Source: Mobula birostris (Eukaryota). Taken from it: DNA of 64,000 nt. The stretch spans positions 6,854,984 through 6,918,983 of the forward strand of contig NC_092401.1 of assembly GCF_030028105.1 (NCBI RefSeq), in the 5' to 3' direction. How positions within the stretch are numbered: position 1 is the first letter of the stretch; each line of letters starts with the position of its first letter. Position numbers and translations under genes: made by a program. This document shows, in pieces, positions 51,471 to 63,784 of the stretch. A model generated the notes under the pieces. The model searched no databases. It had not been told where the DNA came from and saw only the letters and a list, made by a program, of their open reading frames with translations.

Positions 51471-52629
51471 GATGAAACTCCCAACAAGCTTTTAACTAGA
51501 GTTGAAAAGCATAGATGCATTGAAAAGGAAGAAATAGTGGGGTTACACACAAAAAGCTGGAGGAAATCAGTGGGTCAGGCAGCATCTATTGAAAGGAATA
51601 AATAGTCGAAGTTTTGGGCTGAGATCCTTCATCAGGGTAAGGTGGAGAGATCAGTGTAAATCTGACCTTTCCGAATCTTTTTTCTAAACTTAAATTATAT
51701 GATGAGAGGTGTGGAGTTAATGACATTATTGAACGTGTCTGATACAAGCTGTTGGTCTAGCCCTGTTTTGCTTTTTTTTGGTTTTTTTTCTCTTTTACTT
51801 TTGGGGTTTTTTTTGGTTTATATATTTTTCTTTTTATTTCTTTTTTTAATGATTAATCTCATTATGAGTTTGGAAGTCTTTTATATCTATGTTACTTAAA
51901 ATTCATTTTATATATACTGAAGAACATTATTCCAATCTCTTTGTACCAACTTCGTTATTGAGTTTATAATTTTGAAAAATTAATAAAAAGATTTAGAAAG
52001 GAGAGATCAGTGTGGATCATAAACGTAAGCCTTTGAGATGAATTTCTGCATTCATTGTTGCACCCCCTGCACTAACCAGCTATATTGTTCTGTGGGTGAT
52101 TTGCTCAAAGGATAGGCAAACAAAGATGGTCTAAAATCTCGAGGCAGAGATCCCAAACACCCAGCATTGGTTGAGTTCTGAGAGGGAGTCACTTTACTAA
52201 GATTTCTGTGCCTTTTATTACCTCCATCACCTGCCGCCTTTGTAATTAATTGAAAACTGTTCATTTTTCAGCTCTAAAGATTAATCCAATCCATTCTCCC
52301 CAGTTTTTATTGCCCCGCTGTGTTTAGAGTATTTTCAGTTTTTGTTTCTGACTCTTGCACTTTTGAAGGTAGTTTTCTTTCAGCAGACACAAATACTCTG
52401 TTAATGATGGTAGGAAGCTGAGCACTGGATGTGGTAGTAATGTTCAGTTATGAGTGTATGACTGTGTATTGCTGATGTATGCAGAGATAGCTTATCAGCA
52501 TGTGAAAGAGAAACACTTTGCAATTGTTAGAACAAAATTTGAAAGGGGAGGGAAAGTGGTCAGAGTGAAACTTTTGAGCACAAGGGTATACAAGCCTTTA
52601 GCCTACTGTGTGTTTCTCTGAGTTATTCT

Positions 52630-53184
52630 CTCAGTGGCCACCTCTTTGGGTACCCTGGAACACCTGGTCATTAATGTCAATATCTAATCAGCCAATCATG
52701 TGGTTGCAACTCAGTGCACAAAAGCACTGATATGGTTAAAGGTTCACTTGTTCAGACTAAACATCAAAATGGGGAAGAATTTAAACTAAGTGATTTGACT
52801 GTGGAATCATTGTTGCCAGACAGGGTGATAGGATTATCTCAGAAACCACTGATCTCCTGGAGTTTTTGCACAAAACAATTTCTAGAACTTACAGAGAATG
52901 GTGTGAAAAACGGGGGGGGGGGGGGGGGGGGGGGAAACATCCAGTGAGCAGCAGTTCTGTGGGCAAAAGCACCTTGTTAATGAGAGAGGTCAGAGGAGAA
53001 TGGCCAGACTGGTTCAAGCTGACAGGACGGTGAGAGTAACTCAAATAGACACGCATTATAACAGTGGTGTGCAGAAGAGCATGTTGGAATGCACAACATG
53101 TTGAACCTTGAAATAAATGGGTTACAACAGCAAAAGATCCCACTCAGATTCCACTCCTGTACCTAATAATTGCCTGCTGAGTGT
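52630..53184 (+). mobile_element. Tc1-derived non-autonomous element (MITE-like)
   Basis: Termini like CACTCAGTGGCCAC...ACCTAATAA...CTGAGTG-TA; inverted homologue of 53999-54497. Confidence 0.8.
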
Positions 53185-53348
53185 AGATCTGTCACTTAGA
53201 ATGTTTTAATTGCTATGCTTTTGCTAATTCTTGTGTATATTCTTTCCCTTTTCTAGGATTTCCTTGCTTTAATTCAAATGGCCAGGAGGCAAAAGGATCA
53301 ATGCCCTGCTCACCAATGCTGTGTCTTCTGACAATAACTACATGACCA

Positions 53349-53565
53349 ATGAATTCTGTCTCGCCTTCCTCCGTTCAGTACATCCAGAGCCAGGAAGACT
53401 TGACTCCCACAGATACAAAGAGCCGACTGCACCCAGGCACCAGTGAGCAAGAGAACAGCTGGAATGGCCATTATGATTTGCCAGAGAAATCCCAACAGAA
53501 TGAATCAGTTGATGTGGACAAGATTAAAGTTAAGCTGATGACAGCCTGGAACAATGTCAAATATG
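53349..53565 (+). CDS. ATG4D: Cysteine protease ATG4D, first coding exon (exon starts at 53257)
   Basis: MNSVSPSSVQY...VDKIKVKLMTAWNNVKYG matches the ATG4D N-terminus; acceptor TTTCCCTTTTCTAG, donor GTGAGG. Confidence 0.92.
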
Positions 53566-53648
53566 GTGAGGGTACTATCAGCAGATGGAATTCTTCCCAG
53601 ACCTTCAGTGCAGTGTTTCTTACGCTATTTCCCATTCTGTCTTGTCCT

Positions 53649-53848
53649 GTCAGGAAACTGGCATGGAAAGCCTGATAGTGAATTCAGTGCGTGCACAATA
53701 GTGAGATTTAATGCGTTTTCAACCTTGGCACTTAATGATAGCATATTAACCAGATCTGAGAGTCAGAGAGTTTCCAAAACAATTCTGCTGTGTTTTTGCT
53801 AATGATTAAGTTATATTGTGTAATCACTTTTAATATTATTACCTTTTT
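53649..53848 (+). repeat. ~200-bp direct repeat; second copy at 55780-55980
   Basis: Direct sequence match starting GTCAGGAAACTGGCATGGAAAGCCTGA. Confidence 0.92.
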
Positions 53849-53998
53849 ATTGCTGTTGTATATTTACTGAGCTCCAATACCTTTTTTAGGTGGTTGTCAT
53901 GATTCCCAGTTTAACAGCAGATACAAGATATTTAGTCAACATTATATTGATACCAACTGATCATTCCTGCCCTAATGGTCTCTGATAGCTTGTATTTA

Positions 53999-54497
53999 CA
54001 CTCAGTGGCCACTTTATTAGGTCCAGGAGTGCAAGCCTGTGCAGTCTTTTGCTGCTATAGCCCATCCACTTCAAGGGTGGACATGTTATGTATTCAAGGA
54101 TGCTCTTCTGCACACCACGATTGTAACACGTGGTTATTTGAGTTACTGTCGCCTTCATATCAGCTTGAACTAGTCTGGCTATTCTCCTCTGAACCTTTCT
54201 TATTAACAAGGCGCTTTTGCCAAACAGAACTGCCGCTCACTGCATTTTTTTTTTGTTTTTTTGCACCATTCTCTATAAACGCTAGAGAATGTTGAACGTG
54301 AAAATCCCAGGAGATCAGCGGTTCCTGAGATACTTAAACCACCCGGTTTGTCACCAACGATCATTCCATGGTCACAGGCACACTGCTTCCCCATTCTCAT
54401 GTGTGGTCTGAACAACAACTAAATGTTTTGACCATGTCAGCATGCTAGATATTTGCATCAGTGAACAGCTGTACCTAATAAAGTGGCCACTCAGTAT
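53999..54497 (-). mobile_element. Tc1-derived non-autonomous element (MITE-like)
   Basis: TIRs CACTCAGTGGCCACTTTATTAGGT / ACCTAATAAAGTGGCCACTCAGT. Confidence 0.85.
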
Positions 54498-55351
54498 ATG
54501 TGTGTACAACAGAACATCCCAAAGTGCCTCGTAGAAGCACTTTGACATGTAAGTAATAGGAAAATTAGTATAAGGCTTAGTTATCGGTTGGTAAAAATGA
54601 GGTTTGGGTGGGGAATGCTTAAAGTGCGACAGCTGAAGAAGTTACTGCCAGTGGCAAAGCAATTGCTTTGAAGGCTGAGCAGTGTGTCGCGATTTAAGGA
54701 GCATGAATATCACAGAGAACTATTAGTCTGGGTCCAGTTGAAAGGAAGGCGTGCACTATGAAGGGGATTTGAAAATGGCTGAGAATTTAAAAATTGTTGT
54801 TTATCTGGTAGCTTAGTAAGAATAGGGATGGATGAGTATTTGATGAAAGTTCGATGGTGCACTGCAGGGACTTCAAGTTTGAGGAGTGACAGAAGGGAGG
54901 AGGCTGTTGGATTGGTCATGTCAAGGTGACAAAGGTGCGAATGAGGGTCTCGGCAGCTGTTGAGGTGAGACAGGGACTAGTTCAGACAATGTAGTGAGAT
55001 GGGTATCTCGTTGTGGTACTGGCCATACAGTCAAGTTCAATTCAGTCATTTTTGATATCAAGGTTGCAAACAGTCTGATTCAATCTTGGATCAGACTGGT
55101 GGAGCCAGTGACTAAAAAATAGATTTTGTGATAGAGACAGAAAGACTTAGTTTTGCTAATTATTTATTTATTTGGTGGAAGATGTTGCTCATCAGATGTT
55201 AGAAACAATCAGACAATGTGGAGATTCTGGGAGAGGAAATGATAATTACTTAGAGCTGAGTATTGCCAGTATGCTTGTGGAAACTGATGTCAGCTGTGTA
55301 ATGGGACATGAATCAGAAATGGGGACTACGAATAGATTAAGGAAATACTTG

Positions 55352-55640
55352 CTGGGGTGGTATGGTAGCGTAGTGGTTAGCACAATGCTCTACAGTACCA
55401 GCGGCTCAGGTTCACTTCCTACAGCTGTCTGTAAGGAGTTTGTACCTTCTCCCCATGACTGCCAGGGTTGTCCCTGGGCGCTCCAGTTTCCTTCTGTAGT
55501 CCAGAGAATTACCGGTTGCTAGGTTAATTGGTCATTGTTCATTGTCCCATGTTTAGGCTAGGATTAAATCAGGGGGCTGCTAAATGGTGTGGCTCAAAGG
55601 GCCGGCAGGGCCTACTCTGTGCAGCATCTCAATAAATAAA
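55352..55640 (+). mobile_element. tRNA-derived SINE
   Basis: A box GGTAGCGTAGTGG, B-box-like GGTTCACTTCC, (AAAT)n tail. Confidence 0.75.
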
Positions 55641-56053
55641 TGGGTAAGCAAAAATGGCTGGCAAGCTCTATTGACGGATCTGTAAGGCTTGATATATTGG
55701 AAATTCTTTTATAGCAGGACTTTGCTTCAGTTTTTGGTGTTTACAGTTAAATATTTTTTCTGTGTATACTGTGATTGTGGTCAGGAAACTGGCATGGAAA
55801 GCCTGACAGTGAATTCAGTGCATACACATTAGTGAGATTTAATGCGCTTTCAACCTTGGCACTTAATGGTAGCATATTAACCAGATCTGAGGGTCAGAGA
55901 GTTTCCAAAGCAATTCTGCTGTGTTTTTGCTGATGATTCAGTTGTATTGTGTAATCACTGTTAATATTTTTCCCTTTTTTCTGCATGATGCCAGCACATG
56001 ATATATAAAAATTATCTTTTAAGAACCAGCTGTACTAACTGATGTCTCTGTAG

Positions 56054-56137
56054 GTTGGGTAGTGAAAGGGAGAACAAATTTCAGCAAAACTTCCCCAATT
56101 TTTCTGCTGGGCCGGTGCTACCAGTTTGAGTCGAAAG
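56054..56137 (+). CDS. ATG4D: ATG4D second coding exon (84 nt)
   Basis: WVVKGRTNFSKTSPIFLLGRCYQFESK; AG/GT, phase 1-1. Confidence 0.93.
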
Positions 56138-56239
56138 GTAATTTGTGCATTTATGTGTCTGGAACACTTTGTGATGTTTTAACCATCGATGGCTGTTAGA
56201 ACTACTCATAACAAAACTGTCCTGTTTCCTTCCCATCAG

Positions 56240-56467
56240 CTGATCCAGCAGACACCGGTTGTGAGGCACGAGACAACCAGAATGCTGCTTCTGCAGCGGT
56301 GGACTTGTTCCGGAAGGACTTTGGCTCTCGGATCTGGTTGACGTACCGCCGTGAATTCCCGCAGCTGGAGGGTTCTATCTGGACCACGGATTGTGGCTGG
56401 GGTTGCATGCTGCGCAGTGGGCAGATGCTCCTCGCTCAGGGACTCCTTGTTCATCTCCTGTCTCGAA
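56240..56467 (+). CDS. ATG4D: ATG4D third coding exon, catalytic Cys (alternative in-frame acceptor at 56297)
   Basis: [12 protein letters not shown]...[21 protein letters not shown], peptidase C54 motif; donor GTAAGT. Confidence 0.93.
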
Positions 56468-56639
56468 GTAAGTTTGTTGTCTTTATCTTCTGATGACTAT
56501 TGAGGAGTGACAATCAGTCACCATGTACCTACCTTTATTGTTCAGCGTCTGAGAAATGAAAGCCTGCCTATCTGCTGCTTTACTGATGAACATCATTCCT
56601 TCTACATACATTTCCTTTCCTATAAGTATCAATCTGCAG

Positions 56640-57075
56640 TTAGACAATACAATAGACAATAGGTGCAGGAGTAGGCCATTCGGCCCCTCGAGCCAGCATC
56701 ACCATTCACTGTGATCATGGCTGATCATCCACTATCAGTATCCAGTTCCTGCCTTATCCCCATAACCTTTGATTCTGCTATCTTTAAGAGCTCTATCCAT
56801 CTCTTTCTTGAAAGCATCCAGAGACTTGGCCTCCACAGCATTCTGGGGCAGAGCATTCCATACATCCACCACTCTCTGGGTGAAAAAGTTTTTCCTCAAC
56901 TCCATTCTAAATGGCCTACCCCTAATTCTTAAACTGTGGCCTCTGGTTCTGGACTCACCCATCAGCGGGAACATGCTTCCTGCCTGCAGCGTGTCCAATC
57001 CCTTAATAATTTTGTATGTTTCAATAAGATCCCCTCTTAGCCTTCTAAATTCCAGAGTATACAAACCCAGTAAGT
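56640..57075 (-). mobile_element. CR1 LINE 3' fragment
   Basis: ORF piece LEFRRLRGDLIETYKI...FFTQRVVDVWNALP. Confidence 0.88.
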
Positions 57076-57400
57076 ATTCCTGTCTGATGTATTCTTTTGC
57101 ACGTTCCAAGGTACAAAGTCAAACTCTAGCCCTAGTTGCTTGCCCAGTTGTGATCACCAACTAACAATACAGACCAAACGTTAGAAATAAATCTGACAGG
57201 TAATGCACTTGCCCACATTATAGCGTGTGCTTTCACCTCAATTCTGTCAGCATATCGCAAGATATGAAAGCCAAATAGTGAAGAGTTTGGGAGATCCTGA
57301 AGGAATGAACCAAATTAATGATTTGAAATCAACTTGTAAGTAAACTTCAACTTAACTTTCTACATATGAGGTGAGCTTCAGAATTGAATGCATTTGAATA

Positions 57401-58993
57401 CAGTGGATTCTGGTTAATTGGAACACTTCAGAAGCAGTGCAATTTGGCCCAATTAAACGGCTGCCCCAATTAGCTGAAGTTTCATGGAAATAGTTAAAAG
57501 TATAAAAAAGGCAAACTACCATTTAACTGAGTAACAAATGATGTATTTAAATGAAATACTGAACAAATTAGAACACTGTCAGTGCTACTAAGGTACTATA
57601 AAACTGTTTTGTAGTTCCTAATAGCTATCAATGGAGGAATTTATCAGGTGTATGAGATGTCTAGGGAGGGTAGTATCTCTGGCATGTCCGTTCTGGGCCG
57701 TTTACTCACCTTTGGTCCCCACCGGACACTCAACTCTCACTCATCTGTGGCTCCAAGTAGCTGTTTGCATGCAACAGTGGCCACAGCACAGAATACCAAT
57801 CTGTCAGACAGGCTAATAATAATAAATACTTGACTGGCCCCGAGTGCAAAATTCTTTTGTTACAGCAGCAACATTTAAAAACACACTTAGTAGTGTGCAG
57901 ACTTAGCTAATAATGAAGTACAGAATAATAATATACACAATAGTTTACCAGTGTGCAATAATGTACAAAATAATAATGCAGTCTATTGTACTGTGATGTG
58001 TGTTCTCCTGTTGTACAGAGATAAACTTGTAGATGTGTATTACATGTGGTAGGAAAGATTTTCTACTAGGTGAGAGTAGATGGTGGACCTCATATCCAGG
58101 GAAAATGGGGACATGCCTGTCCTAGCATGAAAAGTCAACTTCCAGTGGACTAAGTGGATGAGATCAACAGTGAGATCCAACAGCCAAGAAGGCGGTGGAG
58201 GGTGAAGGGGCAGAAGTCCTGGTTATCCACTGCAACTACGGAAGACCTCAGCCTGTGACGACTACTCATACCATTGGGTCTGGACTTCTGGGGTTGAGAG
58301 AATGGAACTGAACCAGTGCAACGGCTTTTCCACTTTAAATACTTTCTCACCACAGTTTTCACTGTCATCATCAGATAAGACAGTTATCTAAGATGCTTCT
58401 GTGTTCTTTTGATTGACTGTAGCTGAACAAAATCAGCACAAATAATGGACTTCCATCATACAATGCTTTTGATAATTGCATCTTCTAAATCAGGGGTTCC
58501 CAATCTTTTTTATGCCATGAACCCCTGCTCTAAAATCTTCACTTTTTTTTTTAACATTCAAAATGATTGTCATTATCTTCAAATTCATCATAGTGTCTAG
58601 CTTGTTGAAGTAATGAAATCATTTCATTTTCACTGCTGGCCATTTCTGAGCCTGAATGCTTGAAACCACAGTGAGCAAAGCAATTCTAAATCTTTACTTT
58701 TCACCAACGATCAGTGACAGACATCACTACTTTTTGAACACAAACACACGCAACTGACGGTATTTAAAATTGTTTGCTCTAAGCACTGTGTAGTGTCTAA
58801 CGGCCACACAAGTTCACACGACTGACGCTAGTTAGAAATGGTTCAGCAAGACTCCTGTTCCAATTATGTGGCAGTGTCCCAAATAAATGAAGGGAATCTC
58901 GGCTATTTTCTCAATTAGTGTTTGTTCTTTAAGGGTTGTCCCATATAAGTGGCTGCCCGATTAACCGATGACCCAATTAACCAGAATGCACTG
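57401..58993. mobile_element. Tigger/pogo-type element with nested insertions
   Basis: TA-CAGTGGATTCTGGTTAATTGG ... CCAATTAACCAGAATGCACTG-TA. Confidence 0.8.
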
Positions 58994-59717
58994 TACTTGT
59001 CTCCTTAATTCATAGAATTTTGCCGTAGAAGATGCCGGTCTAAATCTTTATTTGCTGTTGAAGTTAGCAATAAAAAATTCTACAATTCCTAGTCCAAAAG
59101 GTAATGTTGCTCCTGGTCAGTACCAAACCATTCTTGGTGAAAACAACACCATCCTTGGTTGGTGACTCTCCTTCCCACTGTATAATTGCTTGTGTCTTTT
59201 TCTTTCTCATGCCAAGTTACCACTTTGGGTAATAAAAGAGGGTGGGCTGTTGCCATGACTTTTTTTTGTCCTGTGTTCTTTCTGTCCTCTCTGCACAGCT
59301 CCAACAAAACTCAATTAAGCCTTTCGATGAGGGATATTATGGTCTACCATACTGAACAATGAGTTCACCAATTTTAGAAGCCAGTTATTGTTCCCATTTG
59401 AAACTCCTCAAAGCCCTTTATTATTTTCTTTCTTGACAGGTTTTATTTTTGCTTTCTTTCATGTTTGCTGATTGTTCTTTCAATATTTATTTTTCCTGCA
59501 TTCTCCCAAACCTACCACTTTCCCCTTTGTTTCGGCTCTTTGAATTGTTAACTAACCTATTTCTAATGATTTTCCATTCGGGTAAAAGGTTGGGCTCCAT
59601 GGATGCTATTTGAACTGATAATTTCTATCATTTTCCACCTTTATGGCTTAAACACTTGCTACATGGGATGAAGTTAGTATTGATAGTGGTGGTTTTAAAT
59701 GCCCTCCTTTCTTTTAG

Positions 59718-60081
59718 ATTGGACATGGCCTGATGTGTTACTCTCTGTTGAGTCAGAAGCTGAACCCAGATCGCCATCTCAATCCAGCATTACCAACTGG
59801 TCAAACTTTGATGTCTTCAGCTCACAGTTGGACAGGAGTAGAAGCCTCTGGCATGCCCGAGGTTCCACAGTCACACAAGCACGTGCACGAACATTGAGAC
59901 TGGACAACCCTAACTCTTCCAAAATGGACAAAGAAGAGGGGGAGCACCGCAAAATCATTTCCTGGTTTGGCGATCACCCCAAGGCCCCCTTTGGGGTACA
60001 TCAGCTTGTAGAATATGGCAAGAGCTCTGGGAAGAAGGCAGGAGACTGGTATGGCCCATCAATTGTAGCACATATAATCAA
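59718..60081 (+). CDS. ATG4D: ATG4D fourth coding exon (364 nt)
   Basis: WTWPD...[45 protein letters not shown]; AG/GT. Confidence 0.95.
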
Positions 60082-60199
60082 GTAAGTAAAGCCTCTGCAA
60101 CTGTAGCGAAGGGAGAGGTGTATTTATGTAGCACATTTCCAATGTTCAGAGTGTCCAAAGTAATGCTAAGGTAATATAGGAAAGATATAAGCATCCCGG

Positions 60200-62660
60200 G
60201 GAGGTAGCAGAGGAGATTCACCAGGATGTTGCTTTAATTGGAGTATTTCAGCTATAAGGAGTAACTGCATGATCTGGATTTTTTTCCCCTTAGCAGAGGA
60301 GGCTGGGAGGTGACCTGATAGAAGTATGCAATATTATAAGGGGATGGATGGGATAGATGGTAGTACTTTTTTTTCATGGTGGGCTTCTCTTAAGCAAGAG
60401 GGGCTTAGTGTGAGGTGAAGGTATCTGAGGGGGAATTATTTCATACTGACTGGTTGGAATCTGAAATGATTTGACTGAGGAATTAGTGAAGGCAGGTACT
60501 CAAAACTTAAAGAAGCATCTTGATAAGTATCTGAGTCAGTGTAGGCTATGGATCAAGTGGATAGATAGACAAGTATGTTGGTTGGTGTGGACATGGTGGG
60601 CTGAAGTGGTGATGGTGTTTCTGTGCTGTATGACTCTTACTTTACCTGACCTTATCGTTAATTCAGTTTCAGCATTTTGGGAATTTAGTCCTTAAGCCAT
60701 CACAGAATTAGGCCATTCAATCAACAGATTTATTATTCCCCTCTCAAACCCATTCTCATGTTTACTCCCCTTTGGCACCATTATAATAAAGAACCTGTTA
60801 ACCTCCACTTTAATTATACCTCTTGGCCTCTATATCTGTCCATGAGAATAGACTCCATTGATTCAGTGCCCTCTGGCTAAAGAAATTCTTCATCTCTGTT
60901 TTATATGGATATCCTGGTATTCCGAGGCTGTGCCCTTGGTCTTAAACTCTCCCACTTCCGGAAACCTCTCCTCCATGTCTGCTCTATCCAGGTCTTTCAA
61001 TATTCGGTAGGATATTTGGCTTGTCCTTCTAAACTCAAGCAAGTGCAGGCCCAGAGCCATTAAAAATGTGCCAAGCCTTTCATCCCCGGGATCAGTTATG
61101 TAAAGCTCCTCTGGACCCTCTCCAACACCAGCTTGGATATGGGGCCCAAAACTGCTCACGTTGCTCCAAATGTGGTCTGACCAATGCCTTAAAAAGCCTC
61201 AGCATTACTTCCTTGTTTTTTTTTTAATTCTAGTCCTCTTGAAGTGAATGTTAAGATTGCAGTTACCTTCCTTCTTACTGACTCAACCTGCACTAGGACT
61301 CGCAAGTTCCTTCGGACCATAAACCTCTGAATCCTCTTCCCACTTAGAAAATAGTTTGAGCTTTATTGCGTCTATGGAAATACACTTCCTTATGCTGTAT
61401 TCCTTCTTTGCCCATTCTCCCAGCGTATCTAAGTCATTCTACAAACTCACTGCTTCCTCAGTAGTACCTACCCTGCCACATGTCTTTGTTATATTTGCAA
61501 ACCTGGTGGCAAAGCCGTAAATTTGTCATCTAGATCATTAACGTAAAATGTGAAAAGTAGTGGACATGGTGGACCCAACTCAGATCCATGGGTATCACAG
61601 TAGCAGTTAACCAGTAAAGCCCGCCTTCATTCCCACTCTTTGCCTTCTGCCAGTTAGCCAATCAATCTTTCCAACCATCTAGTACCTTTCCTGTATTATT
61701 ATAAGTTCCTATCTTGTTTAGCAGCCTCATGTGCAGCACCTACATTGTCAAAGACATGAAAATCCAAGTAAACACTGCTCTGTCTATTCTTAGTCAGTGT
61801 TACATGTAAATGCAGCAAGTTGTGGAAAAGAAACATGATGTGAATGTATTGACTTGGTGATTTGATGTTGGAGCAGGGGAAATGGAAGCTAACTCGTCTA
61901 CTTTCCTGCTTTTCTCCCCCATTTACCATTCAATGGAAATTTTCCAGAAGAAGGCATTTTAGAAAATTAAAGTCTGTGTATCAGCTATCGCACTGGCCGC
62001 TTTTAAGACCTCTTGAATGAAGTCCATCAGTACCTGAGGACCTGCAGACTTGACATTCACTGATGAGCAACTTAATCAATGCCACTGCCTAATGATAATT
62101 GTCACTTTTCTGATTCAATCCCTCCCTTTCAGTTCCAAATTTATAGCTGTTTGTGGGTTGTTAGTTATTTCCTCTATAATGAAAGCTGATGTTGATGTAA
62201 AATCCCCATTAATACATTTGTCATCTCCTTGTTTCCCATTGTAAGTTCCCCAGACTTGCTCGCTATAGGGCTAAGGCTCCTTCAGTTAAATATCTAAAGA
62301 AACATATTATCTGTTTCTGTATTTTAATTTTTCCTTCCTGAGTAATCTTGGTCATTTGTTGTTTCTCTATACTCTGTCCAGTCTTCTGATCGGCTGTTTA
62401 TCTTTCGCACAATCAATGTTTTTTTTCTTTAAGTTTAATGCAATCTTTAACTTTTAGTTAACCATGGATACTGAGGTCTCTTTTTTTGCGGCAATTTTTC
62501 TTGTTGGAATGTTTCCTCTGAAAGATCCTTTCAAATCTATGGCACTGCATCTTGACTGATCTGTTAATTTCCCAATTCACTTCAGCTTGTTTTGATTTCA
62601 TGTCTTTGTAGATTCCATTCTCTGAGCTTAAAAGGTCAGTCTTGATCCCATCCTTCTCTC
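60200..62660. mobile_element. Old CR1 fragments (plus ~60200-60640; minus ~60690-62660)
   Basis: Degenerate RGDLIEV motif, CR1 tails and RT remnants. Confidence 0.65.
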
Positions 62661-63035
62661 CATCGTTCTGAATGTAAAATTAAAAACATACAGTGAGCAC
62701 CATTATCTGAGGATGTATAGGGTAGGAAAGTGATTTATCTGGGTTGAATTACCTGATTTTTGGCATTTGGCCTAATAATGGAATTAACTCACTCAGCTAG
62801 GTGCCCAGGTCTTTTCCTTGAAAGTTCTTCAGTAGTCGCAGCTGGAAATTGTCTCTGGGATGCCTCTCGCTATCAAATATATACCTGAAACACTGGCTTG
62901 TAAAGGAGTGACACTTGTCTGAGATGTGGAAAGGCTTTCAGATGGGTCTGAAGAAATACTGAGAAGCAGAATTGGTTTTTAATCATATTTTCTTTATTAT
63001 TGACTCTCATAATCCTGGTTCTTCATTTCTCTTAG

Positions 63036-63106
63036 GAGAGCAGTGGAAAAAGCTGAAGACTCTGAATCTCTTGGTATTACTGTCTATGTATCACAGGATT
63101 GCACAG
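63036..63106 (+). CDS. ATG4D: ATG4D fifth coding exon (71 nt); gene continues beyond the window
   Basis: RAVEKAEDSESLGITVYVSQDCT; acceptor TTTCTCTTAG, donor GTGAAT. Confidence 0.92.
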
Positions 63107-63784
63107 GTGAATATCCACTGATTCATTATGGGCTACACGCTGAACACTGCATTCATGAGATCAGAACTGTGTCGGAGTCTTATCAGAGGGTTACTGCTAG
63201 CAGAAGCAAATTCTTCTAATTTTGACTATATTAGTTTGATCAAGATTTACAAGTTACATATAACATTGCGAGAGTAAATGTAAAATCTGTTGCCATTTCT
63301 AGAAGATTAGGTAATCAGATTACACTGATTTGTGCATATAATTCACTAATTGAAAGTATTAGAAGTGGATTGAGCAGTAATTTTCAAAAAGGGAACTCTA
63401 TAAATATTTGAGGGGTTTTTCTTCATTCAGCTGCTTGGACGGACTCCACCTTCACTACACATAGAACTGTGGATTTGTGGCAGTTGTGTTTTGTTCAATG
63501 CTTTGAAATGGGTATTTATACCATTCAAGCAAACTCAGGCTGAAAGGGGGAGACACGTTAAAATTGTTGTAAGATCTTTGTCAGCTGTGGGAAAGTATAT
63601 GGAATTCGGGCTCATCTAAACTCATTCATTTATAATATTGGAGCAAAAAAATGGAAAATTTGTTTTATTCCTGTCATGTGAACCAAATTACAAAGGAAAA
63701 GCGTTGTTTTGCAAGTTTTCCATATCACTTGATTAATACATTAAGCCAGTAAGACCGCTCCCTTCCAGTACCAAAGACCAAGGT

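Noticed and set aside
52912-52934. Poly-G tract as a functional G-quadruplex
   Set aside because: A homopolymer inside a decayed MITE; length is unreliable and there is no supporting context.
55352-55430. tRNA gene
   Set aside because: Degenerate tRNA-like head continuing into a SINE body and tail; no cloverleaf.
53349-63106. Calling the protease ATG4C
   Set aside because: Several segments resemble ATG4C, but the long MNSVSP N-terminus, the GCMLRSGQM motif and linkage to RAVER1/FDX2/FBXL12 favour ATG4D.
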